Positions 13,401-28,120 are shown, counted from the stretch's first letter. The stretch: DNA of 64,000 bases from Chiloscyllium plagiosum (GCF_004010195.1 NC_057719.1:61480379-61544378), one strand, 5' to 3'. Numbers and translations: made by a program. The notes: generated from the sequence alone by a model not told the origin.

Positions 13401-14887
13401 GCAAAATGACTAAGGTGTAGTCATGTCTTGAATTCTGATGCTGATTTTGCAGCAGATGAAAAATTATTGAAAACAACAATTTGCATTTAAATTGCATCTT
13501 TAATGTAGTAAATTGTTCTAAGATGCTTTAGAGGAGAAAGCCCTCACAATCTTGATAATAAACCATTATAATGGTATCTTGAGTGTGATGTCCTGGTAAA
13601 CTATTATCCTATGAAGAATCAACATGATAAGGAACAGAGGGAAAAACAAATTTGTTTTGAAACTTAATAATTAATATCTCTACATTATAAGACGTTGGAC
13701 AGAATTTTACAGATGGAAGGTTTTCCTGACGTGCCAAACTGAAGAGGCAACAGAAAATATACCTGCCTGATATCAGCTGGCCAACAGCCATTGAATGCTG
13801 TGAAGAATTTCTGCTCTCCATACACAAATAAATCCTAAACTAGGAAGCAGCCAGCTAATCTGATGGCACGGAGCCCTGTGGTTCCAATTGTGTCACCAAG
13901 AGCAGAGACCACTGTTGGGAACTGCAAGCAATTCCCAGATCCTTAAAACATACAGTTGAAGATGGAGGTTTAGTGTGAGAGCACTGTGACAGAAACAGGA
14001 GAGGAAGTAAAGGGTATGGCCAGGCCTTGGGATGAGTTTTCCCAATCTTGAGAGGGGACTATTCAGGAAAGTGCATCACAGCCCTATCCACATGAAGGTC
14101 AAGCAGACTGGTCTACTGGGCTTTCCCTCCAATCCCAGGACTTATGCCACAGAAAAATCAAGGCTGGGAAGGAAGCAGCCTATTAGTGGCCAATAGTTTA
14201 CCACTTAAGGGCCTCAGTTAGAGTGAGCGCAGGCGAGTCTCCCAGGGAACATTACATGGTCTCCCACCTGCAAACATGCCACTGGTTGACCATGATAATC
14301 TGGCCATAGAACCGAGTAATAAGTATTCTAAATTCAAAAATATCCAGTTTACATTTTAGAATTTTTCCAACTTGCGTACTCAAAAACTTTATAGGATTGT
14401 TTGCAACAAGACAGATGACATAAAGTCTTGAATCCTCTTAACATGCACGGAGTAACATTCTAATGTGAACAAGCAGCAGCAGCGCCAGATAGCTGACCAT
14501 AGCCAATGCCATACATACAAGAAATGTAATCAAACTTCAATCAGTTGTGATGCATCTAAACATTGGACTCTCAAATCTCAGTATGCATTAACATTCATGC
14601 TGAGGTTTTCAAGAGGGATAAAATTGGCAGCCCTCGTTATATCATTTGATTGGAGAAAGCAAAAGAAATTCCTTTTTTTTTGCCAAAAACACACCTGTTG
14701 GTTAGATACAAAATGAATGGGAAATGTGTGCTATGTTTTTTAGGTGTACGTGACTGAGAGATTTGAAAGAGATATGGCATAAGGGAACCCAGGCTTGCCA
14801 GGAAATGGACTGGGGTGATAGCTATCAAATTGAGTTTAGCAAATAAGAGCATAAAAGATAAATTGCCTTCTACAGTATTCATTTTCC

Positions 14888-15035
14888 AGTTAGCTCAGTA
14901 GGCTAGACAGATAGCTTTGCAATGTAGAGTGATGCCAATAGTGTGGGCTCAATTCCTGCACTGGCTGAGATTACCATGAATAATCTCCTTTTCAACCTCA
15001 CCCTTTGGTCTGGTAGGACTGTGGTGACTTTACCC
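14888..15035 (+). mobile_element. Short tRNA-derived SINE-like element
   Basis: GTTAGCTCAGTAGGCTAGA (A box) and GGGCTCAATTCCTGCACTGGCTGA (B box); no intact cloverleaf. Confidence 0.55.
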
Positions 15036-17339
15036 TCTTATCCAGCAGTATACTTCAGGAATTGTTTTTATGTGGCTATCAGCGAGGGACAGGACTAAAT
15101 AATATGCTCACAGCCACGGTTTTCAAATAGGAATTGATCACTGTGTAAGATGGTAACTCAGGTTCAAGATCAATGCTCCATTAAGGAATTTAAAATTAGG
15201 AAGCCAAGAATACAGGCATGGAAATCAAGAGGAAAAATAAACGGAATTAGCTTCAGAAAATTTATCACAGTTTTTGAGTCAATAAAATTTAATGCAAATG
15301 ATCTGAATTTTGCCAGTTTTAGCCAGGAAAGATGACAATGGGTAGGGAGCAAAATTTCTTCACCCTGCCATGGCATATTTCCAGTGGTGGGAGCCTTAGC
15401 AATGTTCAACTATCCAATTAAGGTGACTGGGGAAGGCGTGCCACAGTGTGGAGAGGCTGGCAGACAAACTCTAGTCACCTCCCACGGTGTTCCTTGGAGA
15501 CCCATTCTTCATGAGCTTTCCAGCAATAGCCACCAATATGACAATGCCACCGCTGCTGCACCCCTACACCCTGATTGCTGAGATGCATCTGCATGCCTGA
15601 CAAATGCTTTGGCCCAACCAAACTCATTACACTTCTATGGCACCTGACTATTGAGATGTCCTCACCTTCAAGTTCAACCTTAACGTTTTCCACCGTGGTG
15701 CTGATAGCCCTCTGATTGATCCGGCAGTTCACAGGAGTAAACTGCCATTCTCAATTAGATGGTGATCTTGCAGTGACAACTGCAGGTAAGGTGTTTGTCC
15801 ATGAGATCCTGGACTGAGTGGCTTACCGCATTCCTCTCAGTGGAGGAAGATATTATAATTAGATATTTTACCAAACTCTTTGGATGCTGGACTGTACAAA
15901 TTGTTGAAATAACTAATGGTCAGGGCTTCAGTTATAGAATATATTCAAAAACAGATTTAATGTACATTTTCCCCAACCAAACTCGTTACATTCAACTCCG
16001 CTATTCTGTACTGTAGACTAAATTGGCTGCTATTACATGTGAGAACTGAATAACTTTGACATCAAAACAAAAGAACAATTAAACTTCAAACAAGCTGGAG
16101 CTAAACAAATGGAAATCTGTAATGAAATCTAAGAACAACAGCAGCTAAATCATCAGCTGTAAGAGTTAATGTCTCAGATAAATCCTTGACCTGTTGTGCA
16201 TTTCCAAAATTTCTGTCCAAGATAATTATGCTTCATTAGCATCAAAACCTGGATACAAATGCATACTCAGATTAGAGTATCTATATCTCTGGATGGTTAA
16301 AGATAACATCTTTAACACAGATACGAGCACTTGATTTTCCATCTGCACCCTTAAATCCTCTTTCCATCTGATTACTCTTTTTCTTGACACTTTAGCAAGG
16401 CAAGAATTTATGCAGTACACTTTTTGCAAGGTCTGAAAAACTATTTAATATTATTTTACAGCCTTCTGCAGAATTCTACCAAGGAATATACTAACTTTAG
16501 TGAAATGCAAACCATTGACAAATTCATTTATTTATGTGGAAAATGAGTACGATATTTTATTTGTGTTAAGCCAGCTCTTTGCCTAGTTCAACTGTGTGCT
16601 GGGATAGAAATTTCACGATCAAAGTTAATTCTTACATCGAGACTGCTCAGAATACGGTATATTTGAGAACTTAAAGCTGAGTGGTAACAGTATTGAGTAC
16701 TTTAATACAATAGAAAACTTCAAAGATAAAGTAGCTGCAGCTGTCTAATCAAACTGCAGGAAATGAAGTCAGACTTCATGGAGCTACACAGCATCAGACA
16801 GTTATTGTGACTGTAACCTCAAGTAATTGACAATAATGTGGTTTCAACTATGGGAGAAACAAACAGTCAGAATCTGAACTAAATAAAGTGCTGAAACTGC
16901 AGAATCAGATGACTGAAACATTAAACACATACAGGGAATAAATCATTACAACTAATATCTAAACCAAAGCTATGCAAATACATCTGAAGGGAACTTTGTG
17001 CTCTTCGAAAACTGTCATCTAAAATCTGGTGAAGTAGTATAATAAAGGCTGACCAACACCTTGCCAAAATAAAATCCAGTCCATAACGGCACGGACAAAA
17101 ATAAAATAAAAATAAATGAAGGCTTGAAATTTTGATGCCAGAGGGATTACTAACGGAGGCATCAAAATTAATAAAATGAAATTTCAGACTTGTCTTTGTC
17201 TGACACATCAAAGGTGATAGTAAACTTAGGGCAAACAGTTCTGTATTGTAAAACAAATTTGGTGAGAATGGATATGTTTCACAGAAACCGATAAATGGAG
17301 ATTAGGCCCGGTATTCAATATGAACAAAGGAATTTGGAA

Positions 17340-17950
17340 TTGACAGTGATAATTGTGGGCTTTTGAGAGACATGGCTGCCAAAGTATATGAATTGTTTCT
17401 CCTATTCCAGACACTCTCCTTCAACATATCTGAGAAGTGTGATATTTTGCTGATCAGGGTACTGGTTGACATACGAGTTTTGTTTTGGCAATATTCAAAA
17501 ACAGGCTGAGCTTGTTACAAGAGGAAATGAAGAAATCCAGAGTAAATCTGGTGCAGCACGGGCAAGTACACTGCTGTCATCTACAAACAGTAGATCATAT
17601 ATATTTATGATGGTCAGTTTCGTTTTAGTATGGAGCTGACGATGGTTTAAGAAGGGCAGCTGCCACCAAGGACAAAGAAAATGCTTCAACACACTCTGAA
17701 GCAACAATGAAATTAATGATAGAGGAGTGTGCTACCAATCATTCAAAATGGCAGCAACGTGTCCATAAACTTGCATCATGCTTTGAGCCATATTGTCTTC
17801 ATGACAATTTGGAGTGAGAGCAGAAATGAAGAGAAAGCAAAACCTACATGCTAGATCCAACTACCTGCCCCATGTGGGTCACGAATTGGTCTATTCAGTC
17901 ATGTAAACACCCATGACAGAAATTTACGATCTTGAGTTGACGTCAGCCTA
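17340..17950. mobile_element. Decayed RTE-clade LINE with inverted 5' segment
   Basis: Minus strand ~17340-17657 reads FLNHRQLHTKTKLTIINIYDLLFVDD (RTE LLFADD region). Plus strand ~17658-17950 reads GQRKCF...RIGLFSHVNTH, resembling the RTE C-terminus. Confidence 0.7.
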
Positions 17951-18893
17951 AAATTTATGACAATTTACATCACAGACAAGAGTGGTGACACAATGCCATT
18001 AAGATTACAATATTTCAAGAACAAAGAATAGTACATATAGGAACAGGCCTTTTCGGCCATAAAGTCTGTGCTGACACGTGATGCCTTTCTAAACAAAAAT
18101 ATTCTATTTAATGTTGTGAACAGGTTACTTTGTAAAAATGAAATTATCATATGATTGTGCATCAAGTAAGATAAAAGAGCAATTTATGTACCGTCTGTTC
18201 TGCTATAACATGGTATTTGCATTCTCGTGCGACCTTGTGTTACAGAAAAACGAGTAATAGACATAACGGGGATGATGGGAAAATCAGGGTTGGGGCGAAC
18301 CACCAAAAATATCAGTAAAAATCAAAACAAAATGTAGTTAACTTAACACAAACAATAGCACAGTCTAGGTAAATGTTAAAATCATATATTTTAATGAAAT
18401 AATACAATAAATTTAACACTTTTAGGGGTTTCTGAGTTTTCTGAGTTACAGTACTGTATTAAGACAAAGGCTGAGGGCCATCATCAGCATCATCATTGCT
18501 TTCAACTGCAGTTCTGGGTGCAGGGTTATGAAGAAAGAAAATATTATTCCAGACATGGATGATTGTGGTTCATTGCCCTAAGACGGTTTCTTGAAGGTTG
18601 GCTTAAAAAAGGCATCTCGTTTTTATTGCTTTACCATCTTTCTTCTTTCATGAAGAATATTAGACCTTATACCATAAATTGCTGTCCAGTTACATTCTGC
18701 GTTCTAGTCATTGTCGTCTAAGAGCTGCAGTTGCTTCTCAACTTCCCTCGGGATAGAAGACTAAGGAGAAGTGGAAAGTTCTTGTGGTGCTGCATCCTGA
18801 ACTTCATCATCTTCATCACGAGCTTCAGCTCTCCCCCTCCCCTCCCCTCCCCCACCCCCACTACAACACGTTGTTGTAGATCAGTCTCCACTT

Positions 18894-21820
18894 AGAGTCA
18901 AAGAGTCTTAGAGATGTACAGCACAGAAACAGACCCTTCGGTCCATCTTGTCCCAATCTAATCTAATCCCACCTGCCAGCACCCGGCCCATATCCCTCCA
19001 AACCCTTCCTATTCATATAACCATCCAGATGCCTTTTAAATGTTGCAATTGTACTTGCCTGCACCATTTCCTCTGGCAGCTCATTCTATACATATACCAC
19101 CCTTTGCAAGAAAATGTTGCCCCGGGGTCTCTTTTATATCTTTCCCCTCTCACCCTAATCCTATGTCCACTAGTTCTGGACTCCCCACCCCAGGGAAAAG
19201 ACTTGGTCTATTTATCCTATCCATACCCCTCATGATTTTATAAACTTCTATAATGTCACCTCTCAGCCTCTGATGCTCCAGGGAAAACAGCTCCAGCCTA
19301 ATCAACCTCTCCCTATAACTCAAATCCTCCAACAATGGCAACATCCTTGTAAATCTTTTCTGAACCATTTCACATTTCACAACATCCTTCCAATAGAAAG
19401 GAAACCATAATTGCACACAATATTCCAAAAGTGGCCTAATCATTGTCCTGTACAGCCACAACATGACCTCCCAACTCCTATCTCAATATTCTGACCAATA
19501 AAGGAAAGCATACCAAATGCCTTCTTCGCTATCTTAACTACCTGCGACTCTACTTTCAAAGAGCTATGAATCTGCACTCCAAGGTCTCTTTATTCAGAAA
19601 TATTCCTAGGACCTTACTATTAAGTGTACAAGTCCTGCTAAGATTTGCTTTCCCAAAAGGTAGCAACTCACATTTATCTAAATTAAGCTCTATCTGCCAC
19701 AGCTCAGCCAATTGGCCCATCTGATCAAGATCCTGGTGTAATCTCAGGTAACCTTCTTCACAATCCACTACACCTCCAATTTTGGTGTCATCTGCAAACT
19801 TATTAACTTGGAGAAAGTGAGGACTTCAGATGCTGGGGTACCAGAGTTGAAAAATGTGGTGCTGGAAAAACACAGCAGGCCAGGCAGCATCCGAGGAGCA
19901 GGAGAATTGACGTTTCAGGCATAAGCCCTTCCTGAAGAACCAGCACCACATTTTTCAAAACTTATTAACTATACCTCTTATGCTCACATTCAAATCATTT
20001 ATATAAATGGTGAAAAGTAGTGGACCCAGCACCAATCCTTGTGGCACTCCACTGGTCACAGACCTTTAGTCTGAAAAACAACCCTCCACCACCACCCTCT
20101 TTCTTCTACCTTTGAGCCAGTTCTGTATCCAAATGGCTAGTTCTTCCTGTATTCCATGAGATCTAACCTTGCTAATCAGTCTCCCATGGGGAACCTTATC
20201 AAACGCCTTACTGAAGTCCATATAGATCACATCTACTGCTCTGCCCTCATCAATTCTCTTTCTTACTTCTTCAAAAAACTCTATCGAGTTTGACAGACAT
20301 GATTTCCGATGCACAAAGCCATGTTGACTATCCCTAATCAGTCCTTGCCTTTCCAAATACATGTACATCCTCTCCCTCAGGATTCCCTCCAACAACATGC
20401 CCATCACCGATGTTAAGCTCACCGGTCTGTAGTTCCCTGGCTTGTCCTTACCACCTTTCTTAAATACTGGCACCACGATAGTCAACCTCCAGCCTTCCGG
20501 CATCTCACCTGTGACTATCTATGATATAAATATCTCAATAAGGGGCCGAGCAATCACTTCTCCAGCTTCCCACAGAGGTGTAGGGTACACCTGATCAGGT
20601 CCTGGGGATTTATCCACTTTTATCCATTTCAATCCCTCCAGCACTTCCGCCTCTCTAATATGGACATTTTTCAAGATGTCACCATGTATTTCCCTACATT
20701 CTATATCTTCCAGGTCCTTCTCCACAGTAAACACTGATGCAAAATACTCGTTTAGTATCTCCCCCTTTTCCTGTGGCTCCACACAAAGGCTGCCTTGCTG
20801 ATCTTTGAGGGGCCCTATTCTCTCCCTCGCTACCCTTTTATCCTGAATGTATTTGTAAAAACCCTTTGGATTCTCCTTAAGTCTATTTGCCAAAGTTGTC
20901 TCATGTCCTCTTTTTGCCCTCCTGATTTCTCTCTTGAGTATACTCCTACTGCCTTTATACTCTTCTAAGAATTCACTTGATCAATCCTGTCTATACCTGA
21001 CATATGCTTCCTTTGTTTTCTGAACCAAAACATCAATTTCTCTAGTCGTCCAGCATTCCCTACACCTACCAGCTTTTCCTTTCACCCTGACAGGAATATA
21101 CTGTTTCTGTACTCTCATTATGTCATTTCTGAAGTCTTCTCATTTCCAGTCATCCCTTAATCTGGGAACATCTGCCCCCAATCAGCTTTTGACAGTTCTT
21201 GCCTAATACCATCAAATTTAGCCTTCCTCCAATTTAGAACATCAACTTTGAGATCTGGTCTATCCTTTTCCATCACTATTTTAAACTAATAGAATTATGG
21301 TCGCTGGCCCCAAAGTGCTCCCCACTGACACCTCAGTCACCTGTCCTGCCTTATTTCCCAAGAATAGGTCAAACTTTGCACCTTCTCTAGTAGATACATC
21401 TACATACTGAATCAGAAAATTTTCTTGTATACTTTTAACAAATTCCGTTCCATCTAAACCCTTAACAATATTGCAGTCCCAGTCTACGTTTGGAAAGTTA
21501 AAATCCCCTACCATAATCACCCTACTATGCTTACACAGAACTGAAATCTCCTTACAAATTTGGTTCTCAATTTCCCGCTGACTATTAGGAGGTTTACAAT
21601 ACAATCCTAGTAAGATGATCATCCCTTTCTTATTTCTCGGTTCCACCCAAATAACTTCACTGGATGTATTTCCAGAAAGTCCTCCCTCAGTACAGCTGTA
21701 ATGCTATTCCTTATCCAAAATGTCACTCCCTTTCTCTCTTGCCATTCTTTCTGTCCTTCCTGTAGCATTTGTATTCTGAAACTGCCAGTCCTGTCCTTCC
21801 CTGAGCCACATTTCTGTAAT
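18894..21820 (-). mobile_element. CR1 LINE, 5'-truncated, ORF2 (APE endonuclease + RT) disabled
   Basis: ORF fragments MVGDFNFPNVDW, KSPGPDQVYP, NYRPVSLTS, DFSKAFDKVPH, RPLLEYCVQLW; GACTCT-type repeated 3' tail at ~18894-18920. Confidence 0.95.
19809..19957. mobile_element. PLE family A fold-back insertion inside the CR1 RT
   Basis: TSD AAACTTATTAACT at 19796-19808 and 19958-19970. Short inverted arm CCAGCACCACATTTTTCAA. Confidence 0.85.
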
Positions 21821-24800
21821 CTTCAAATCCAACTTGCTTTGCAAGAGCGACACAATGTTCTTTATTGCTAGAAGCTCCTTCGATGGTTCAACACCTTTAA
21901 AATCATGAAGAAGATCTGGAAGAAGCTTCTGCCCAACTGCATGCAAGCAGTCCTTATTGACATCACCCCTGGCCTCCACAATGATTTCAATAGCGTTTTT
22001 AATGTTAAAGCTCTTCTAAACTTAAGAGCACTGTCCTCGTTATCCCTCTGAGTAGCTGCAATCAGCTTCCTGAATGTGTGCATTTAAAAGCTATTTTGCA
22101 CCCTAGTCCATGGGTTAAATGAGGGAGGTTGTGTTTGGAGGTAGAAGGATCACTTTGATATTTTCAGAAAGCTCACCAACAGTGGAGGATGGCTTGGTGC
22201 ATTGTCCAGAATGAGGAGAATCCTGAAATCCAAAGCTTTTCTCCAGCAATAATTTCTCAAAATGTCCTCAAAATCATCAACAATAAGTTCAGAAAAAATT
22301 TACCCCGTCATCCAACTTCTTTTGCTTGACCTCAAGTAAACACCTTGAGTGGACTGAAGGTAACCAGGAGTGGAATCACGTAATAGCCAATGGGACTTCA
22401 CATTTTTAAAAAATTGTTCCCCAATTCACCAATCATGTTACAGCCAAATTACATTGACAAAATGCGCGTTATAGGAGAACGAATTGTGCACCAAGAAAAT
22501 TCAATGCATTTGAAATATATATATATTTATTTATTGACAAAAATCTGTTCATGTCCATCTTTAAAGGGCTCACAGTGCTTAACTAATTAACTATACAAAA
22601 TTAATTCAAAGGTTTGCTTGTAAGTGAATAGCTTTAGGTTGTTTTTCGATAAAAGAACTTTTGTTTCTTTTTAATAAATCCATTCATAAAGAAATCCATC
22701 TGTTACTGCATTATTTTATTATGAACATGGATGTTGCTTCAGCTGCAATTGAAATGACAGCCTCAGAAGATGTTAAATGATAATGCCTCTCACCAACCAA
22801 TCATATTGTATTATTTTGATAAACAAATAAACACTGTACATATAGATATGAGGTGACATCAGAATGACATATCCTTGAGGGAGGTAAAATCGAGATTGAA
22901 ACTTTGTCAAGGGATTCTCCTGCTTATCCTCCAACAGTATTCCTATGATGTATTTTCAGTTAAAATGTTGACCTTCATGGATTTGTACAGATAGGAATGT
23001 AGCCATGAGAAGATGACAGGAGTTTTTAACTTCTGAGCCTGGTGAAAGGCCTGTAGAGAATTCTTGATACAAAGTGATAGCATTATTTAAATTCTGTGAT
23101 AATCTCTTAAGGCCCAAGTTTACTTAATTCAGTAGAAAAATTCAAAATAAAGACGTTATTGCCAAGTCAAGTGCAAGTGTTCCAATGAATTGCACCTGTA
23201 GAATCATGATTTCAATCGCACAATACAATCCAAGGGTGAACAAGATGGTTGCTGGACAACCTGTTCTTGAAACACAACTTTGTTGAGCATGCATTCATGT
23301 ACAATATATAAAACTTAACTTAAAACTAAATGTAATCTTTCTTATTTTGCCTGTAGTCCATTTACAGAATGTCTAAAGAAAATTCACTGCAGTATGTCAA
23401 AAACTTTAACTTGCCTTACCAAAATCTTCATCTAGAGTGTACAGTACTGGTGGAATGAATTTGCTTACATTCTTCAAAAAAACAAGAGGGAATAAATCTT
23501 TTTATAACTGTAATTAACATTAACAAGGACTAAACAAGAGGGACTGGAGGGATAAGTTTCAGTGAAAGTGAGGAACAAGCCTATGAGCAGATAACAGAAA
23601 ATTGATTCCCTTCTGGGCAAGCCCTCTATGCTAAAGGATACTCTGAAGTCCAAAGAAATTACTTCTTTCAATAGTTTGTATTTGCCTCTCTGCCCACTGC
23701 CAGTTAACAGCAAACCAGTTTCATCCAGGTAAAGGAAAGACCCCAAATGTGGTGCATTCAAATGAAAATCAAAGAATACACAAACCCCCTTTGTGCTTGC
23801 TGCTCTGCTTAAAAATTCTCTTTTCATGTATATAGTTATACCTCTGGGGGAGAATGTCTGTGTGATTTTCTCTCACAGCTACCTTTGGTTCTATCCAAGT
23901 GCTGTTTCTACAAGTTGTGTTTTTTTTTCCCTCATGGTTTCTCAAAAATACAAAATCTGATTACTCTTTATCTATCACATTGTACAACAGCCATGCATTA
24001 GTGGCATTCACCTCCTTCTGGCAATGAGAAAGACAATGCTCCCAGATGCTTCCCTTCCTGGGACTGATAATGCGCAGACCTTAAGGCATTTCTCCTGGTG
24101 CTACTCTTAAAGATGATAGTAACTTGTGATGAAGCCACTAAGATAAGAGATCGGCTTCTGTTTGACCTTGAATTTCCATTCCATGTGTAAAAATGAAAAA
24201 TTACTCATAGAGCCAGAGGGTGGTTGTTTCTTGTCATTATCCTGTTGTCAATTCTGATGGTGGTTATTAATTTTTTTTCCTTTACGATTCACAATCTGCT
24301 CTTCGAAATGTGCCATATGTTCAAAGCAATTCAGGGATGACAACTGTCAGAATTACAACAATAAAAAATAGCCTAAACGAGGCAGATTTACTGCTTTGGA
24401 GTTTCTGCTGAAAATAACCCCTGAAATGCTCTAACACATTACCCTCTTCTGTAAAATGCTATCATGTCGACAGTATAAGCTTTGAGATTTTGTGTCAATA
24501 AAAGGGTAAAGTAATATCATACAAAATAGAGTACTTAATAGGCTATGTAACAAAAAATGCGAAAACATATATTTCCCATTTATTATTTGAAGGAATTCAA
24601 GACAATATTAGAGTCTAATATATTGTTTTAATTGTATGCAAAATAACAAAGCAATAAAGGCTGTTTTGTCTGTGATTAATAAAAATTCATTGAAAACCAA
24701 CTAGTATCAGTGTAGTGATAAAACAGACTCCTGGAAAATTCTGCTCGTAGAGTTTCTGAAGGACAGACTAATCATTTGAAACCTCAAATTGAGGCACAGA

Positions 24801-25137
24801 CTGGAAAGTAGAGCCCCCATTTTCATTGACTATTCATTTTGTTTCAGTCTATTTATTAATCCTGTCTCTTTTATTTCTACTCATCTATGGGAAGAATTCT
24901 TCATTCCTTTATAAAATTAAACCTAATAGAATGTGATAAAGGGAACAGTTTGGCAATTATGATGTCTGCACTCTTTGCTGGCAAGCAGAAGATGGAAATG
25001 AATTTGGGGACAGGGAAGGGAATTCTAATAGGCACCATGATATATACAATGAACGCCAAGATGTCCACTGAGAGAAAGACTTGTCAGGCTAATCAGATTT
25101 TCCATATCCATGTAAAGACAGTAACATAGGCTCTAAC

Positions 25138-25258
25138 CTTGTAAAGATGCTGCTGCTGCTCTTCTGACATCATCAGGTCATGGCTGTCTATCACTATGGA
25201 TTCCATGTCAATCAGCCAATCCCAGAGCTCCTGGTACTCCGATTCAAAGTCCAGAAGG
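25138..25258 (-). CDS. AKAP6: AKAP6 (mAKAP) internal coding exon, 121 nt, spectrin-repeat region
   Basis: Acceptor ttctttctttccag and donor AAG|gttaga. Encodes (S)LLDFESEYQELWDWLIDMESIVIDSHDLMMSEEQQQHLYK, near-identical to mammalian AKAP6 as I recall it. In frame with the upstream exon. Confidence 0.95.
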
Positions 25259-27732
25259 CTGGAAAGAAGAATTAAAAATGCATTATGTATTACATAAATA
25301 AAATATATATTCCTGAATCAATGTTGACTGGAAAATTTAATTGCTTGTTATAGAGAAAATTAAAACTTGAAGCTAGCCAGCAAGATTTCATTAAACTCCA
25401 ATGCAGGTAGATAGCACAGTATGAGAAATAAAATAAAGTAATAATGTATCAGGGAGACAAAAACAGGCATTCATATAATTCGATATTAACCAAGATAAAC
25501 CCATAAACATTTTTTTTTGTCACTTCATCCATGTGTATCAATGATATATGATAAACCATATTATGGAAATGATCACTGAATTTGATTCATTGCCTCAGTA
25601 TTGGTTTAAAAGTCCCCAATTCAATACAGCATTTTCATCAGAATATCAACTGCATAGATGTATATCAATAAACAAGAGGGTCAACAGCACAGAAGGCAAG
25701 CCTACAGCCAAAGGTTTTCTGAGAAGATGAAAGTATATCAGACATACATTTTAGTTGGGCATGAGTGAGTATGCCAAACCACTCACAAGAGCTGGATGGA
25801 GCACTCGACAGGTGCTCCCCATAGACATGCTTGATGCAAAAGTGAGGCCATAAAGTCAAAATGAGGGATTCTCAAAAAGACAGTAATCATTAAAATTCAA
25901 AGGAAGATTGTAAGGTTTGCATTAAATAAATCATTAGATTGAGGGGCTTAAAAGGATTAAAGCCATGTACAGTTCAAAGCACATTGCCTGAGTTAACCGA
26001 ACTCTCTGGTTTACAACTCAGCTCCAACATCCTGACGCAGTAAGCAGTGGTAATTGTGAAAGATTCACACATCAACAAGCCAATGTACAGTTCTCAAGAT
26101 TTACTTAAATCTGACACTAATGTGCATCCACAGGACTGTATGCTGACCAATCCATAACAAAAATTACCATTAAAGTCTTCTCAATAAGGAGTCCAATGCC
26201 AGTAAATGGAAAGAGAGCTAGTCTTCATCAGAAAAAAAATTCTGTAATATATGAAATGTAATCATAATTTGATATAATGAACACATGACTGAAATGTTGC
26301 AGCAAACATCGATGTTCCACTCAGCAATTCTTAATAAAAGAGTTGTTTCTGTTACAAGTTTAATGATCTGTTCAATGGGCACAGCATGAATTCTCTGGGA
26401 TTTCATATGTAAATAAAAATCCAAGGTAATTCAAAACATGAATTTCACACAATTTTGACTTTGGTTTCAACCTGAGTAAACAAAAGCAGCACATTGGATT
26501 TATGGAGACATTTGAAATATGCTTCAAATATAGAGTACAATTTATCCTAAAGCCCCTGAATGGAATGTTGAACCCTTCAAAGTATATTCTCACTATCTTC
26601 CCCTTGAAACAGTGTACCATACATGTAGCATAACTGCGCGTGTATCAAAATAAATAGCATGTACTCATTAACATTTTCATATTACAGATTTGGATTTAAA
26701 ATTCAATTTATTTTATGTATCCCTAACTTATAATCTGACAATTTGCAAATTATTTATATTTATAAATTGAGTTAAATGATTTTTCAAAAAAATATTAATG
26801 GTACTGCAATAAAAAAGATGACATCAAGTTGCAAGAAATATCATTTGATATTATTTTTAAAATATGTCAGTGTTAAATCAATTTCGAGACTTCATGAATT
26901 ATCTCCAGTCCTACATGATATATCTTCCTTAAGCTTTAACAGCACTTTCAAAGTTAAGTACAAGCTTTACCCTCTTCATTTTTTGACATAGCTGATAAAG
27001 ACCAAGGCTGAATGAGATTCACAGCCTATGTGCCATCTCCAATCCAATTGAGTTAACTGGGCTGATTTGTAAGGGAGCATTAGTTCTGATGCCACAGTGA
27101 TAGCAAAGAGACCATTACCAGGGTTCCCTCTTTTGACTGTGTGAACTCTTACAGCAGAATAGCTCCTTGTTATCTTTATAGGCAAAAACATGAAGAAAGG
27201 CAAAGTACTGAAGGGTGAATTCAAGCCCTTTCCTTGACAATTCCCAATTTAAACACCAAGTTAACTGTCAAGTTAAGGGTACTCCTCCACAATGGCAGAA
27301 AGAACATTTAAGTCATCATGACCAATCTTTACATACATTCTTGTGATTAGATTACAAGTGATACAATCAGATGCTTGGAAGCTCATTGAATTACTCCCCA
27401 GCTGAGCATCAAAGAGTAACTAAGGACTAAATTAATCAACCTTTATTGTTATGCAATGCTTGCACAGCTTATCATCATCAGTCATCTAATGCCAGACCTC
27501 CTGTAATAATGCTGTATTCTTCTTTAAGGCAGAGGCTTGGACCTAGTGTTGTGTTTCAGACTGTCTATATTTGCTCTTTCATTCGCTTGTTATGTACTGC
27601 AGCTTATGATGGCTTCAGGTTGAGAATGCTGATGCCTAATTCAAAGTCTAGTTCATGTGTTTTAATTTTTTGGGGGGGAGGGGCTATTCATCAAGCTCAG
27701 AAAGCCCTTTGGAATGGCACAGTAGGAAGAAA

Positions 27733-28120
27733 TTAAAAATCACACAACACCAGGTTATAGTCCAACACATTTATTTGTAAGTATTAGCTTTCAGAGCGCT
27801 GCTCCTTCATTAGGTAGCTGTGGAACAGGATCATAAGACACAGAATTTATAGAAAAAGATTATAGTGTCACACAACTGAAATGATATATTGAACAATATA
27901 TCACTGTATCAATATATATTGTTTGTTCAATATATCATTTCAGTTGCATGACACTGTAATCTTTTCATATAAATTCTGTGTCTTATGATCCTGTTCCACA
28001 GCTACATGAAGAAGGAGCAGTGCTCCGAAAGCTAGTACTTCCAAATAAACCTGTTGGACTATAACCTAGTGTTGTGTGATTTTTAACTTTGTCCAACCCA
28101 GTCCAATATCAGCGCCTCCA
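27733..28120. mobile_element. PLE family B fold-back element (older copy)
   Basis: Arms ~27733-27897 and ~27924-28086 are reverse complements, each with a decayed hammerhead core; unpaired tail to ~28120. Confidence 0.8.

Larger units (their letters stand above)
18191..22486 (-). mobile_element. Tigger/pogo-type DNA transposon relic, split by a CR1
   Basis: Imperfect TIRs TA|CCGTCTGTTCTGCTATAAC and GTTATAGGAGAACGAATTG. Minus strand ~22050-22350 reads SKRSWMTG*FF...RILLILDNAPSHPP/ENIKVILLPPNTTSLI*PMD*G (DDE_1 motifs). ALAKQVGFE|EVETD rejoins across the CR1. Confidence 0.85.

Noticed and set aside
14888..14965. Possible tRNA gene
   Set aside because: A/B boxes are present but the acceptor and anticodon stems do not pair properly; it continues into a SINE-like tail.
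16600..17250. Possible LINE ORF1-like remnant
   Set aside because: Coding-like composition only; no motif I can name.
1..25137. Next downstream AKAP6 exon (expected to end roughly ...KWELLG)
   Set aside because: Not found by eye. A look-alike near 8920 has an in-frame stop. The exon is probably outside the window or in the gap.
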